A stretch of 31,103 bases of DNA from contig NZ_LWLG01000020.1 of the NCBI RefSeq assembly GCF_001652585.1, forward strand, positions 1 through 31,103. Reading direction: 5' to 3'. Below the pieces are notes generated by a model. It did no database searches. It saw only the letters and a list, made by a program, of their open reading frames with translations, and was not told the origin of the DNA. Made by a program: the position numbers and the translations under genes. Position 1 is the stretch's first letter. Every line of letters starts with the position of its first letter. Below, in pieces: positions 16,199 through 25,717 of this stretch. This DNA is from Thermosulfurimonas dismutans (GTDB lineage Bacteria; Desulfobacterota; Thermodesulfobacteria; Thermodesulfobacteriales; Thermodesulfobacteriaceae).

Positions 16199-19100
16199 AT
16201 GAAAAGATTTTTAAAAATCACCGCTTTCGTTTCCGCAGTTTTTCTTGTTGTCCTTATAGTTTTGGGGTTTCTGCTGCCTTATATTGTCAATCTTTCAGCC
16301 ATTAAAAGTCGTGTCTCACGGAGACTTTCGGAAACCCTTAAAGCCGAGGTTTCCGTTAGGACTTTGAGGATTAAGGTCTTTTTCCGCCCTGCACTTTCGG
16401 CCGAAGGGGTAAAAATAAAGGCTCCCCAATATTTGCTAACTGTAAAGAGCTTGCGTCTTTATCCGGATCTTCCGGCTCTTCTTCGCAAGAAGATCGTTAT
16501 CAGGGATTTTGCTCTCATTTCTCCACATCTTACTGTTTTTCTCCCCGAGAAGCCCTCTGGGAAACCATTTCGGGCGGAGGAAGTTCTCAAAGACTTGCCG
16601 GCACTGCCTCCTATGGAGGTAACACTTTCTGGAGGCCGCGTGCAGGTCTTCCGTGGAAAGGCTTCCCTTTTCGATCTGGCGGACCTTTCGGCAGAATTGG
16701 CTACCCGCCCTGAACAGATCCTCTTTGAAGGCGAAGGAAAGGCTTCTTTTTTGAAAAAGTTTTATCTAAAAAGCCGTTTGGATCTCAAGGAGGGAGCGGC
16801 CGAGGGCCTGATCGAGGTTTCAGGAGTAGATCTATCTCGTTTGAAGATCCTATCCGGAAGCCTGCCCCTATCTCCCAGTCAAACGGATTTTTCCATTTCC
16901 CTGGCTTATACTTACGAAGATGGAACCCTGGTGGGGGGCTTCAAGGGTTCGGCTCCTTGTGTCCGTTTTGAAAAGACTCCAGATCTACTTTTCTCATGTG
17001 CCGGTTTTGAGGGCGAGTTTTCGTATGGACCGAAGGGCTTCTCCCTGAGCTTGAAAGATCTCGAATTCAAGGAGCCCCGGCTTTCCGGTGAATTTAGCTT
17101 CCATCGAGGCGAAGAAGGTTACTATCTTTTCGCTCGCCTTAAAGAACTCGATTTTGCGGCTTTGAGGTCGAGACTCCTCGGTCTTTTTCCTAAAAACAAC
17201 GGTCTTAAAAAGTTTCTAGCCATTGTGCGTGCTGGAAAGTTTACTGATCTTGAGCTCAAGACCCGGGCCAAGACCGTAAGAGACCTTTCCCGGGTCGAAA
17301 ACCTCATCCTTTCGGCTCGAGTAAAAGGAGGAAGGATCAATGTCCCGAAGCCTCCCCTCGATATTTTCGGGGCCTCGGGGACCTTTACTTTGGTTATGGG
17401 AGATCTGAACTTCAACGGTTCAGGGAAGCTGGCCGGAGTGAACATCTCAAAGGCTTCGGTAAAGGTTCACCTCAAGAGCCGTAAGGCGCCCCTAAAGATC
17501 ACGGCCGACTTTTCGGGCGAGGCCGGAGTTCTCCTCGAGATAGCCAAGAAAGCCAGCGCTAAGGCCGCTAATGCTTTGAAAGCTATGAGCTTCAATGGAC
17601 CAGTCTCGGGGCGGCTCGTCTTATCAGGGACTAGAGCAAAACCCCATATTTCCTTCGAGCTTCGTCCCCAAGGCGTGCTCTTTACCCATTCGTTCTTGCC
17701 TTCGGCCCTCAAGGTTTCTGGCGGTAGGGTCTTTTACCAAAAAGGAAATCTGACCTTATCCGGAATAGGCCTTTCGGGAAGGTTGGGTAGCCTTCATGGA
17801 GTTTCTGCGACCCTGAGTTTTGGACGCAAGCCTTACGAAGTAAAAGTTGAGGAACTCCATGGATTCTTACGGTATCCCGAGCTTGAAAAGATTCTCGTTC
17901 GATTCCCGGCAGCCCGAGACTTCCTTGAAAAATACCAACCCCGAATCGAGATCCTGGAGATAAAGAGTCTTTCCTATCAAGGACCCTTTGCCGCCGAAAC
18001 CGTGAGAAAAAGCCTCGTCCTAAAGGCAGTGCTCCCCTCAGGGAACTTTTTTCTACCTTCTATCGAGGGGCGTGTGGCCGTTAAAAAACTTCCCGTTATT
18101 TATTATCGAGGGAAACTAGGTTTTGGTCCCGGTGAGATCAGGCTTTACGGTTCGAACTTCACCCTTTCTGGGGAGGCCATTTTGGACTCTAAGGCCCTCT
18201 CCCTGCGGGGGTCAGGACAGGCGAGTCGGGAACTCTTGGAGTTTGTTTATCGCAAGGTTTCCTTTTCTGAGGACTATCTGCTCAAAACTCCCCTTGAAGT
18301 TCGAGATTTTTCCTTGGTCTTTTCGGAAAATAGTGTGAAATTTTCCGCGGATTTGAGTACTTCCGAAGGGGCTAACCTGGCCTTCTCCTTGGAAAGGGAG
18401 CCCTCCTTTCTCAAGGTTTCCTCGGGAAGACTGGTCTTCAGAGAGCGGACTCTTCTCTTTTCCTTGGAAAGATTTTCAGATCACTATCTCCTCAACTTCA
18501 AGGGCGAGCTTTCCCCGGACATGGTTTCGGCGCTGATTGAGGAGAATCCTTGGCTCAAAGGATATCTGAGAGGTGATTTAGAGGTCTATTTCCACCTGAA
18601 GCGCCCCCTCATGAGCCGTTTCAAAGGACGCCTTGAGGGTCGGGACTTCGTGTTACCACTGAAAGGACGGCCCTATGTGAAGAATTTCCAGGTACGCGGA
18701 GTCGAGCGAACCTTCTACTTTGAGGAACTTGACCTCTCCCTTGCCGGCTCCGACTTCTTAGCTTCCGGACGTCTCGAAGTGGCTTCCAAAAGTTTCCGCT
18801 TTGAGGGTCAAGTGCGATCTAAGATGGTGGATCTCCCCAAACTCAAGCCCTTTTACGAAGGGAGCGGTCAAAAGAAATTTCAGGTCCTTGGACATCTGGA
18901 TCTTGTTCTTGACGAGGTTCGGCTTACCGAAAAGTACAGTGTTCAAAATGTTCGGGGAGGCCTTTTCGTTTATCCCCAAAAGACCACTTTGGTGCTTTCG
19001 GAAGCCCAGTTCTGTAGTCTCCCGTTGAATGGGAAGGTTGTTATGGCTAAAGAAAAGTCCCTGGATTTGATCTTTTATCAGCCTGTTGGCAAATTCGAGA

Positions 19101-19708
19101 CCCTGTTCGCCTGCCTTTCTACTTCTGGCGAAACCCTCATCTCCGGGCCTTTTAGCCTCAAAGCCGAGATCCATCTGAAGGGCCGGGAATCCCTCTTTGA
19201 GGCCGGCTCGGGTTATCTTACCCTCAGCTCTCCCTCCGGGGTTATCCACCGGTTCGGGCTGCTGGCCAAGATCTTCGGTTTTCTGAGCCCTATTGATATT
19301 TTCAAAGGCAACCTTCCTCCTCTAGAGGAAAAGGGCTTACCTTACGAAAAGCTAGGACTTGAGGGGCAACTTTTCGGAAATCGTTTTCGGGTGGAGAAGG
19401 CCTTTTTGGAGGGCCCCGGCCTTCGCCTCTTTGCTTCCGGTGACATATATCTTCCAGAAGGGCGCCTTGACTTGACCGTGCTAGCCTCGCCTTTCAAGAC
19501 CGTAGATACACTTACCAGCAAGATTCCGGTGGTGGGCTTTCTTCTGACCGGTAAGGACAAGATGCTGGTTTCGGTCCCCATGAAGGTCAAGGGAACTTAC
19601 CGCAAACCTTCTATTGTACCTCTCCATCCTGAGGCTATAGGGGAAGGTATCTTTGGGCTATTCAAGCGCGTCTTCAAAATACCGGCCAAAGTTATAAGAT
19701 CTCAATAA
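16199..19708 (+). CDS. AsmA-like/YhdP-like giant envelope protein
   Basis: 1169 aa. There is a single N-terminal TM anchor (ITAFVSAVFLVVLIVLGFLL). A long beta-rich repetitive body follows. The C-terminus is AsmA-like (PVVGFLLTGKDKMLVSVPMKVKGTYRKPSI). Confidence 0.75.
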   Translation: MKRFLKITAFVSAVFLVVLIVLGFLLPYIVNLSAIKSRVSRRLSETLKAEVSVRTLRIKVFFRPALSAEGVKIKAPQYLLTVKSLRLYPDLPALLRKKIVIRDFALISPHLTVFLPEKPSGKPFRAEEVLKDLPALPPMEVTLSGGRVQVFRGKASLFDLADLSAELATRPEQILFEGEGKASFLKKFYLKSRLDLKEGAAEGLIEVSGVDLSRLKILSGSLPLSPSQTDFSISLAYTYEDGTLVGGFKGSAPCVRFEKTPDLLFSCAGFEGEFSYGPKGFSLSLKDLEFKEPRLSGEFSFHRGEEGYYLFARLKELDFAALRSRLLGLFPKNNGLKKFLAIVRAGKFTDLELKTRAKTVRDLSRVENLILSARVKGGRINVPKPPLDIFGASGTFTLVMGDLNFNGSGKLAGVNISKASVKVHLKSRKAPLKITADFSGEAGVLLEIAKKASAKAANALKAMSFNGPVSGRLVLSGTRAKPHISFELRPQGVLFTHSFLPSALKVSGGRVFYQKGNLTLSGIGLSGRLGSLHGVSATLSFGRKPYEVKVEELHGFLRYPELEKILVRFPAARDFLEKYQPRIEILEIKSLSYQGPFAAETVRKSLVLKAVLPSGNFFLPSIEGRVAVKKLPVIYYRGKLGFGPGEIRLYGSNFTLSGEAILDSKALSLRGSGQASRELLEFVYRKVSFSEDYLLKTPLEVRDFSLVFSENSVKFSADLSTSEGANLAFSLEREPSFLKVSSGRLVFRERTLLFSLERFSDHYLLNFKGELSPDMVSALIEENPWLKGYLRGDLEVYFHLKRPLMSRFKGRLEGRDFVLPLKGRPYVKNFQVRGVERTFYFEELDLSLAGSDFLASGRLEVASKSFRFEGQVRSKMVDLPKLKPFYEGSGQKKFQVLGHLDLVLDEVRLTEKYSVQNVRGGLFVYPQKTTLVLSEAQFCSLPLNGKVVMAKEKSLDLIFYQPVGKFETLFACLSTSGETLISGPFSLKAEIHLKGRESLFEAGSGYLTLSSPSGVIHRFGLLAKIFGFLSPIDIFKGNLPPLEEKGLPYEKLGLEGQLFGNRFRVEKAFLEGPGLRLFASGDIYLPEGRLDLTVLASPFKTVDTLTSKIPVVGFLLTGKDKMLVSVPMKVKGTYRKPSIVPLHPEAIGEGIFGLFKRVFKIPAKVIRSQ

Positions 19709-19824
19709 CAAGAAAAATGAAAAAAATTTCGGCATCTTTTTCCAAAAAACTGCAATTTAGGAACTGTGAGTTCGATTGTTGCTTGTAAAGCCACTTTTAT
19801 GCTACAAATGCTACAAGGCAAGTC

Positions 19825-19853
19825 TTTACAATTTCAAGGCGGCGAAGTATAAG
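19825..19853 (+). promoter_or_regulatory. candidate sigma70-type promoter of the coiled-coil OMP gene
   Basis: TTTACA (19825-19830), a 17-nt spacer, then TATAAG (19848-19853), about 60 nt upstream of ATG 19912. A tandem 9-mer ATGCTACAA x2 (19799-19816) sits 8 nt upstream of the -35 hexamer. Confidence 0.45.
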
Positions 19854-19911
19854 ATGGAAGAGGCGTTTGACGGCAAAAGAGTTTTAAAAACTCGAAAGGA
19901 GGAGGTGTGGC

Positions 19912-21567
19912 ATGAGGAAGTTGTTGGGTTTGGCTTTGGCCTTTCTGTTGTTGGTGCCGGGTGGGCTTCTGGCCTACTCTGGGGCTTCTCAAGAGGAGTT
20001 GCTAAAGCGTATAGAGGAGCTCTCCAAAGAGATCGAAATGCTCAAGAAGCAGCTCCAGGAGGTTAAGGAGGCTCAGGAGGAGACCAGCGACACCGTGGAC
20101 GAGATGAGCGACCTGGTGGAGAATTTCAAGGACAATATGGGTAAGTTCCAGATCTGGGGTGACATTCGTACCCGCGTCGATTCTACTCGGGCCTACGTGC
20201 CTGACAGTTATCTGGGATACTTTTCGGGATTTAAGTATGATCCTACTGAGAACAAGATGATTCCTGTGTTTGGTGGTGTACGGAATGAGAAGGGACACAA
20301 GGAAAACGATACCATCTGGACCAACCGGATGCGTATAAATTTCAAGGTGCGTCCTACTGAAAATACGGTAGTTAAGGTGCGCCTGGCGTATTACAAGATC
20401 TGGGGGAACTCCGATGACTATGTGTCTCCCGAGATTTTCCCTGGTATGGATAACAATTTTACCTTTGGGGTCCGTCCTTCGGACAGCCGTCTTTACGTAG
20501 ATCGGGCTTACTTTAACTGGGTAAATGTAGGTGGTTATCCTGTCTGGATTTCTTTCGGTCGTCGGCCTACCACCCATGGGGTGCCTCAGCACCTTCGTGA
20601 AGGTCTGGACAAACGAGAGGCTACTCCGCAGGGAATTAACATCGACGTGCCTTTCGACGGAGCTACGATCGGGTATCAGTATCGGTGGCCGTTCCCCGGG
20701 CGTATTCGGTTCTGTTACGGTAAGGGTTTTGAGTCCGGCTTTAAGACTTATGCTGATAGAGCGAAAGATGATGTCGATTTTTACGGTTTTGCCTGGGACG
20801 TGATAGACGATCCCGATCGGGATATGCACCTATTTTTCCAGGCTTTTAAGGCTGAAGGCATAATGGACTTTCCGGAAGGAACTTTCTTTTTCAACGATCT
20901 TGGCCCCATGTATAAGACGGCCCAAAGCAACTTAGGAGATCTTTATGAGATCGGCCTTACTTGGTTGCACAAAGTTGACATTCCTTATATAGGCCTTGAA
21001 GGTGTGGATTACTTCCTCTCTTTAGGGCTGTCTATTGCTGATCCCGATGAGATAGGTGAAATGCCAGTAGATATGAGCGGGTTGGGGTTCGGTGTACAAA
21101 AAATGTATTATTCCCTCCTGGGGGGATTTTATTTGAATCCTAATCAGGTTGACATGGATACTCACACCGGTTGGGCGGTCTATGTCGGTGCTCGGATTCC
21201 TCTTCCCTGGATCCCCGGTGCCAAGCTCGGTCTGGAGTATAACTACGGCTCTAAATGGTGGATGCCCTTTTTGGTGGCCACCGATGATATCTACATCAAC
21301 AAGCTTGCTACCCGTGGGCACGTAGCCGAGGTCTACTGGGTCCAGGATCTGCCTACTGGTGAGGCCCTTAACAAGTATGCCAAGGTCTTCCTGCGTCTTG
21401 GCTTCCAGTACTTCTGGTTCAACTATAGCGGAAGCGGAAACTGGCTGGGAGAACCCCATGAGATCAATGAACTTGATGATGTTGCTGGGATGCCTGCCAA
21501 TATGCAGCTTTTTGTCCCTCTCGACCACATGTACAACCTCTATGCCTCCTTTGAGATCTATTTCTAA
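19912..21567 (+). CDS. outer-membrane beta-barrel protein with N-terminal coiled coil (DUF3373-like)
   Basis: 551 aa. It has a signal peptide (MRKLLGLALAFLLLVPGGLLAYS) and a heptad-rich segment (EELLKRIEELSKEIEMLKKQLQEVKEAQEE). The body shows alternating aromatic/polar strands, and the C-terminus ends in F (ASFEIYF), as in an OMP beta-signal. The DUF3373 family name is from memory and was not searched. Confidence 0.7.
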   Translation: MRKLLGLALAFLLLVPGGLLAYSGASQEELLKRIEELSKEIEMLKKQLQEVKEAQEETSDTVDEMSDLVENFKDNMGKFQIWGDIRTRVDSTRAYVPDSYLGYFSGFKYDPTENKMIPVFGGVRNEKGHKENDTIWTNRMRINFKVRPTENTVVKVRLAYYKIWGNSDDYVSPEIFPGMDNNFTFGVRPSDSRLYVDRAYFNWVNVGGYPVWISFGRRPTTHGVPQHLREGLDKREATPQGINIDVPFDGATIGYQYRWPFPGRIRFCYGKGFESGFKTYADRAKDDVDFYGFAWDVIDDPDRDMHLFFQAFKAEGIMDFPEGTFFFNDLGPMYKTAQSNLGDLYEIGLTWLHKVDIPYIGLEGVDYFLSLGLSIADPDEIGEMPVDMSGLGFGVQKMYYSLLGGFYLNPNQVDMDTHTGWAVYVGARIPLPWIPGAKLGLEYNYGSKWWMPFLVATDDIYINKLATRGHVAEVYWVQDLPTGEALNKYAKVFLRLGFQYFWFNYSGSGNWLGEPHEINELDDVAGMPANMQLFVPLDHMYNLYASFEIYF

Positions 21568-21591
21568 GATCGTCTGAGGTTTCGACCTTCC

Positions 21592-21623
21592 GGGGCGGGG
21601 CCAACCCGCCCCTTTTTGTTTTT
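21592..21623 (+). terminator. rho-independent terminator after the OMP gene
   Basis: An 8-bp all-G/C stem GGGGCGGG/CCCGCCCC with loop GCCAA, followed by TTTTTGTTTTT. It lies 24 nt after the stop codon. Confidence 0.85.
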
Positions 21624-21657
21624 ATCTGTCCTTGTCTTCCGAGCTAAGGGGGGTGTT

Positions 21658-21678
21658 CCTCCCCCTTGTAGGGGGAGG
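21658..21678 (-). terminator. G/C hairpin downstream of purL (possible terminator without a U-tract)
   Basis: CCTCCCCC-TTGTA-GGGGGAGG, about 30 nt after the purL stop on the minus strand. No T-run follows, so its function is uncertain. Confidence 0.25.
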
Positions 21679-21709
21679 TTAGGAGGGGGTTTACATCTGC
21701 GCCTAATGT

Positions 21710-24700
21710 TTAAACTTCCCTAAGAGGGGTCTGCCAGGCGGCTTTGAGCTCGGAAAGAGATTCCCGAATGAGGTCGCGGCCCAGGCCGTCTCGCACGATG
21801 AGAACCGGCTCTGCGATCACTTCTCCGATCTGGGCGTAGGTGGTGCCTTCCATGAGTTTTTCGAAGTCTCGTTGTTTTTCCCGCGGAACGGTTACCAGGA
21901 TTCGGCTCGCGGACTCCGAAAACAGGATGAAATCCGGCCTACCTGAACCTTCATAAGGCACGGCCGAAAGATCCACAAAAAGACCCAGGCCACCGGAGAA
22001 GGCCTTCTCGGCAAGAGCCACCGCCAGTCCTCCGTCGGAGGCGTCGTGGGCCGAGGCCACCAGGCCGTAGTAAATGGCTTCCCGCAGACGGAGATAACGT
22101 TCTCGGGCCTCCTCGGCGTTCACTCGGGGCACCGAGCTTCCCACAAAACCCCTACTGGCGTAATATTCAGAGCCTCCTAGTTCGTCTCGGGTCATTCCCA
22201 GAATGTAGAGGAGATCTCCGGCGTGTTTGACGTCCATGGTTTGCGCCCGGGTGACGTCCGGAACCCGAGCTACTATCGAAAAAAGGAGAGTCGGCGGCAC
22301 AGAGATCTTGAGGCTTCCATCCGGCAAGATTACGCCTACCCCGTAGGGGTTGTCTCCTTTGGGATCTAGACCCAGAGCCATGAGATAGTCGTTTTTCATA
22401 GAGTCCTTTCCAGAGATACAGGGTACACCATAGGCTACGGTGAAGTCATGAACAGCTTTGGTGGCCCGCACGAGTTGGGCCAGTTTGTAGCGACCATCTG
22501 GAGTCTTTTCGCTTTCAATAGGATCGCACCAACAGAAGTTATCTAGTCCCGCCATGTGCTCGATGTCTCCGCCCACGCAGACCGCATTCCGAATGGCCTC
22601 GTCTATGGCGTTGGCTGCCATCCAGTAGGTGTCTATGTCCGAAAACTTGGGACAGATCCCGTGGGCCACTGCAATGCCATCCTGGCGAGAAAGATCCGGC
22701 CTCAGTACGGCAGCGTCGCTTGGACCGTCGTCTTGGACTCCGGTCAAGGGTTTGACCACGCTTCCGCCTTGGACCTCGTGGTCATACTGCCGGACTACGT
22801 ATTCCTTGGAACAAACGTTTAGCCGCGAGAGCATCTCTTTCAAGACTGCTCCCAGATCTTCCGGTTCCGGGAGATCCGGTTCGGTATGCCTGGGCGGCTG
22901 CCATTCGGCCTGAAGCTCCATCTGGGGAACGCCCTCGTGTAGGAACTTGAGGGGAAGCAGCCCCACGGTCTTTCCCTGATACTTCAGGTGGAAGTAGCCT
23001 GAATCCGTAAAACGCCCGACGACCGTGGCCTCCACGTCCATCTTGCGGGCCAACTCCAGAAAACGGTCTATCTTTTCTGGCGGTACGGCCACGGTCATGC
23101 GCTCTTGGCTTTCGGAAAGGAGAATCTCCCAGGGGCGGAGTCCAGGGTACTTGAGGGGCGGTTTCTCCAGATCCAGCTCTGCCCCTCCGGCCTCCCGGGC
23201 CATCTCGCCCACCGAGGAGGAGAGGCCTCCGGCGCCATTGTCCGTGATAGAAGTGTAAAGGCACTCGTCCCGGGCCTTAAGCAGAAAATCCGTCATCTTC
23301 TTCTGGGTAATGGGATCTCCAATCTGGACCGCAGTGGCAGGGCTACCCTCGTGCAGGGCCTCGGAGGAGAAGGTGGCCCCGTGGATACCGTCTTTGCCGA
23401 TCCTTCCGCCCACCATGACCACCAGGTCTCCCGGCCGGGCTCCTTTCTTCCAAGAGGGCTCTCCACAGACCTCAAGAGGTAAAATCCCGCCGGTTCCGCA
23501 AAAAACTAGGGGTTTTCCGAGATAGCGGGGATCAAAGACGATGGAGCCGTTCACGGTGGGGATACCGCTCTGGTTCCCTCCGTGTTCCACCCCCTCCCTA
23601 ACGCCCTCAAATATACGGCGGGGGTGAAGTAGCCTTGGGGGAAGGGGTTTGTCCCAGTTCGGGGGGGCAAAGCAGAAGATATCCGTGTTAAATACGAGAA
23701 GGGCCCCCTTGCCAGTCCCGAATGGGTCCCGATTTACCCCTACGATGCCGGTTAACGCTCCGCCGTAGGGATCCAGAGCCGAAGGACTGTTGTGGGTTTC
23801 CACCTTGAAGGCCAAGGCTAAGTGGTCGTTGAGTTTGATAACTCCGGCGTTGTCCACAAAGACCGAAAGACAGAAATCCCGGGGGCCAAGTTTTTCTCGG
23901 ATCTTTTCCGTAGAACCCCGGATGTAGGTCTTGAAGATGCTGTCCACGGTGAACTCTTCCCCGGTCTCAAGATCCCGGTAATGGATGCGGGCGTTGAAGA
24001 TCTTGTGCTTGCAGTGTTCTGACCAGGTCTGGGCCAGGGACTCTAGTTCTACATCTGTAATTTCCGGCCCGAGACCATACTTTTTTCTTTCGGCAATGAA
24101 ATCGGGGTTAGAGAAGAAGTCCCGGATAGTTTGCATCTCGGAAAGGGATAAAGCCAGTAACCTCTCGCGGGAGAGACGCATGAGCTCATCATCGGAAAGA
24201 ACCTTAAGATCCCAGGTCTCCACCGTGGGGTCTGAAAACTCGGTGACCCTGGGGGCTGGATAGCTAAGTCCGCCTTTTTCGTATTCCTCCCGAGAGAGGA
24301 TCCACCACCGTTCTATAAGTTCGTTGGCTAGCAATTCCCGGGCGGTCTTTTCAGCTTCTTCTCGGGATATTTTACCTTTCAGCAGGTATTGCATAGCCGA
24401 ATAGACGCCCTCGGTTTGAGGATCGAGCGTTCTTTCAATGAGAAGGGCCAGGGCCTCGGCGGCCACCCGACCTTCGTTATCTGTGACCCCGGGCCTGAAG
24501 CCCACTTCTATTACCCAGTCGAAAGGAAAGTTGAGTTCAGCCGCCAGAGGCCGATTTACGCTTGCGCGCTGGATCACCGGATCGCACAAGGTCTCGTAGG
24601 CGTATCTTTCAAGGAGATCCTGCGGGAAGTCTCCTTCCACCAGATAGACCCTTACGGTGCGTACGGCTTCCACCTGAAGCCCGAGGAATTCTCTCATCCT

Positions 24701-24775
24701 TCGGGCTACTTTTTCTCCACGGGCGTCTCTCAACTCCGGCTTAAAAGCTACTTCTATGCGGGTGACCCTACTCAA
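21710..24775 (-). CDS. purL: phosphoribosylformylglycinamidine synthase, PurL with N-terminal PurS-like domain and linker, no glutaminase domain
   Basis: 1021 aa. The N-terminus IEVAFKPELRDARGEKVARRMREFLGL...VRTVRVYLVEG has a PurS-like pattern. The core carries DNAGVI, KVETHNSPSALDPYGGALTG and duplicated AIRS-type domains. The protein ends without a class I amidotransferase domain. Confidence 0.93.
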   Translation of the reverse strand: MSRVTRIEVAFKPELRDARGEKVARRMREFLGLQVEAVRTVRVYLVEGDFPQDLLERYAYETLCDPVIQRASVNRPLAAELNFPFDWVIEVGFRPGVTDNEGRVAAEALALLIERTLDPQTEGVYSAMQYLLKGKISREEAEKTARELLANELIERWWILSREEYEKGGLSYPAPRVTEFSDPTVETWDLKVLSDDELMRLSRERLLALSLSEMQTIRDFFSNPDFIAERKKYGLGPEITDVELESLAQTWSEHCKHKIFNARIHYRDLETGEEFTVDSIFKTYIRGSTEKIREKLGPRDFCLSVFVDNAGVIKLNDHLALAFKVETHNSPSALDPYGGALTGIVGVNRDPFGTGKGALLVFNTDIFCFAPPNWDKPLPPRLLHPRRIFEGVREGVEHGGNQSGIPTVNGSIVFDPRYLGKPLVFCGTGGILPLEVCGEPSWKKGARPGDLVVMVGGRIGKDGIHGATFSSEALHEGSPATAVQIGDPITQKKMTDFLLKARDECLYTSITDNGAGGLSSSVGEMAREAGGAELDLEKPPLKYPGLRPWEILLSESQERMTVAVPPEKIDRFLELARKMDVEATVVGRFTDSGYFHLKYQGKTVGLLPLKFLHEGVPQMELQAEWQPPRHTEPDLPEPEDLGAVLKEMLSRLNVCSKEYVVRQYDHEVQGGSVVKPLTGVQDDGPSDAAVLRPDLSRQDGIAVAHGICPKFSDIDTYWMAANAIDEAIRNAVCVGGDIEHMAGLDNFCWCDPIESEKTPDGRYKLAQLVRATKAVHDFTVAYGVPCISGKDSMKNDYLMALGLDPKGDNPYGVGVILPDGSLKISVPPTLLFSIVARVPDVTRAQTMDVKHAGDLLYILGMTRDELGGSEYYASRGFVGSSVPRVNAEEARERYLRLREAIYYGLVASAHDASDGGLAVALAEKAFSGGLGLFVDLSAVPYEGSGRPDFILFSESASRILVTVPREKQRDFEKLMEGTTYAQIGEVIAEPVLIVRDGLGRDLIRESLSELKAAWQTPLREV

Positions 24776-24799
24776 GGAACTCCTCCTTTAGTTGATTTT

Positions 24800-25717
24800 T
24801 TAGCTCCTTGGTACCTCTAACATCCGTTTTACGGCCCGTAAGGCCCGGCTACGGATGTCCTCTGGTACCGTGACCCTGGGCTCTAAACTCTCAAGGGCCT
24901 TATAGACCAACTCTAACGTAGTGATCTTCATGGCCTCGCAAAGCATCTTTTCTGAGGCCGGGTAGAACTTTTTGTCTGGATTCTGCTTCTGAAGGGGATA
25001 GAGGAGCCCTACTTCCGTACCGATGATGAACTCCTTGTGATCCGATTCCCGGCAGAAGCGGAGCATACCGCTAGTGGAGGCCACGTGGTCTGCTAGGTCG
25101 ATGACCTCTGGCCGGCACTCGGGATGGGCCACGAAGAGGGCTTCGGGATGGGCTTCTCGGGCGCGCTGCACGTCCTCCGGGGTAAGGACATCGTGAAAGG
25201 GACAGAAGCCCTCATGATAGATGATTTTTTTGTCCGGGAAGTGTCGCTGAGCGTAACGGGCCAGATTTTTGTCCGGAAGGCAGATGACCTCCTTTTCTGG
25301 AAGGCTCGCGACCACCCGCACCACGTTGGCCGAAGTGCAGCAGATATCACTTTCGGCCTTGACATCTGCGTAAGAGTTGACGTAGGTAACCACCGGGGCT
25401 CCGGGATATTTTTCGCGCAAGGCCTTCACATCCTCCGGGGTGATCATGTCGGCCATGGCACAGCCGGCCTGGGGGTTGGGAAGAAGAACGATTTTTTCGG
25501 GAGAAACGATGGCTGCGGTCTCAGCCATGAACACCACCCCGCAGAAGACCAAAACCTTAGCATCGGTCTGGGCAGCTTGAAGGCTCAACTCCAAAGAATC
25601 GCCCACTAAATCTGCCACTTCTTGGATCTCCGGAGGTTGATAGTTGTGCGCCAGGATCAAGGCCTTGCGGTCCTTAGCCAGTTTCCGGATCTCCTGCTGA
25701 AGTTTCTCCTTGGTCAT
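24800..25717 (-). CDS. nadA: quinolinate synthase
   Basis: 305 aa with ILAHNYQPPEIQEVADLVGDSLELS and a threefold repeated domain pattern with conserved Cys segments (AGCAMA, DICCTSANV, EGFCPFH). Confidence 0.93.
   Translation of the reverse strand: MTKEKLQQEIRKLAKDRKALILAHNYQPPEIQEVADLVGDSLELSLQAAQTDAKVLVFCGVVFMAETAAIVSPEKIVLLPNPQAGCAMADMITPEDVKALREKYPGAPVVTYVNSYADVKAESDICCTSANVVRVVASLPEKEVICLPDKNLARYAQRHFPDKKIIYHEGFCPFHDVLTPEDVQRAREAHPEALFVAHPECRPEVIDLADHVASTSGMLRFCRESDHKEFIIGTEVGLLYPLQKQNPDKKFYPASEKMLCEAMKITTLELVYKALESLEPRVTVPEDIRSRALRAVKRMLEVPRS

Noticed and set aside
20002-20829. 275-aa minus-strand ORF antisense to the coiled-coil OMP gene
   Set aside because: Same reasoning. The plus-strand frame has a signal peptide, a coiled coil, a barrel signature and a terminal Phe, while the antisense product has no features.
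22782-23264. 160-aa off-frame ORF inside purL (Arg/Gly/Pro-rich), plus several shorter ORFs on both strands of purL
   Set aside because: These are low-complexity frame-shifted reads of a conserved gene.
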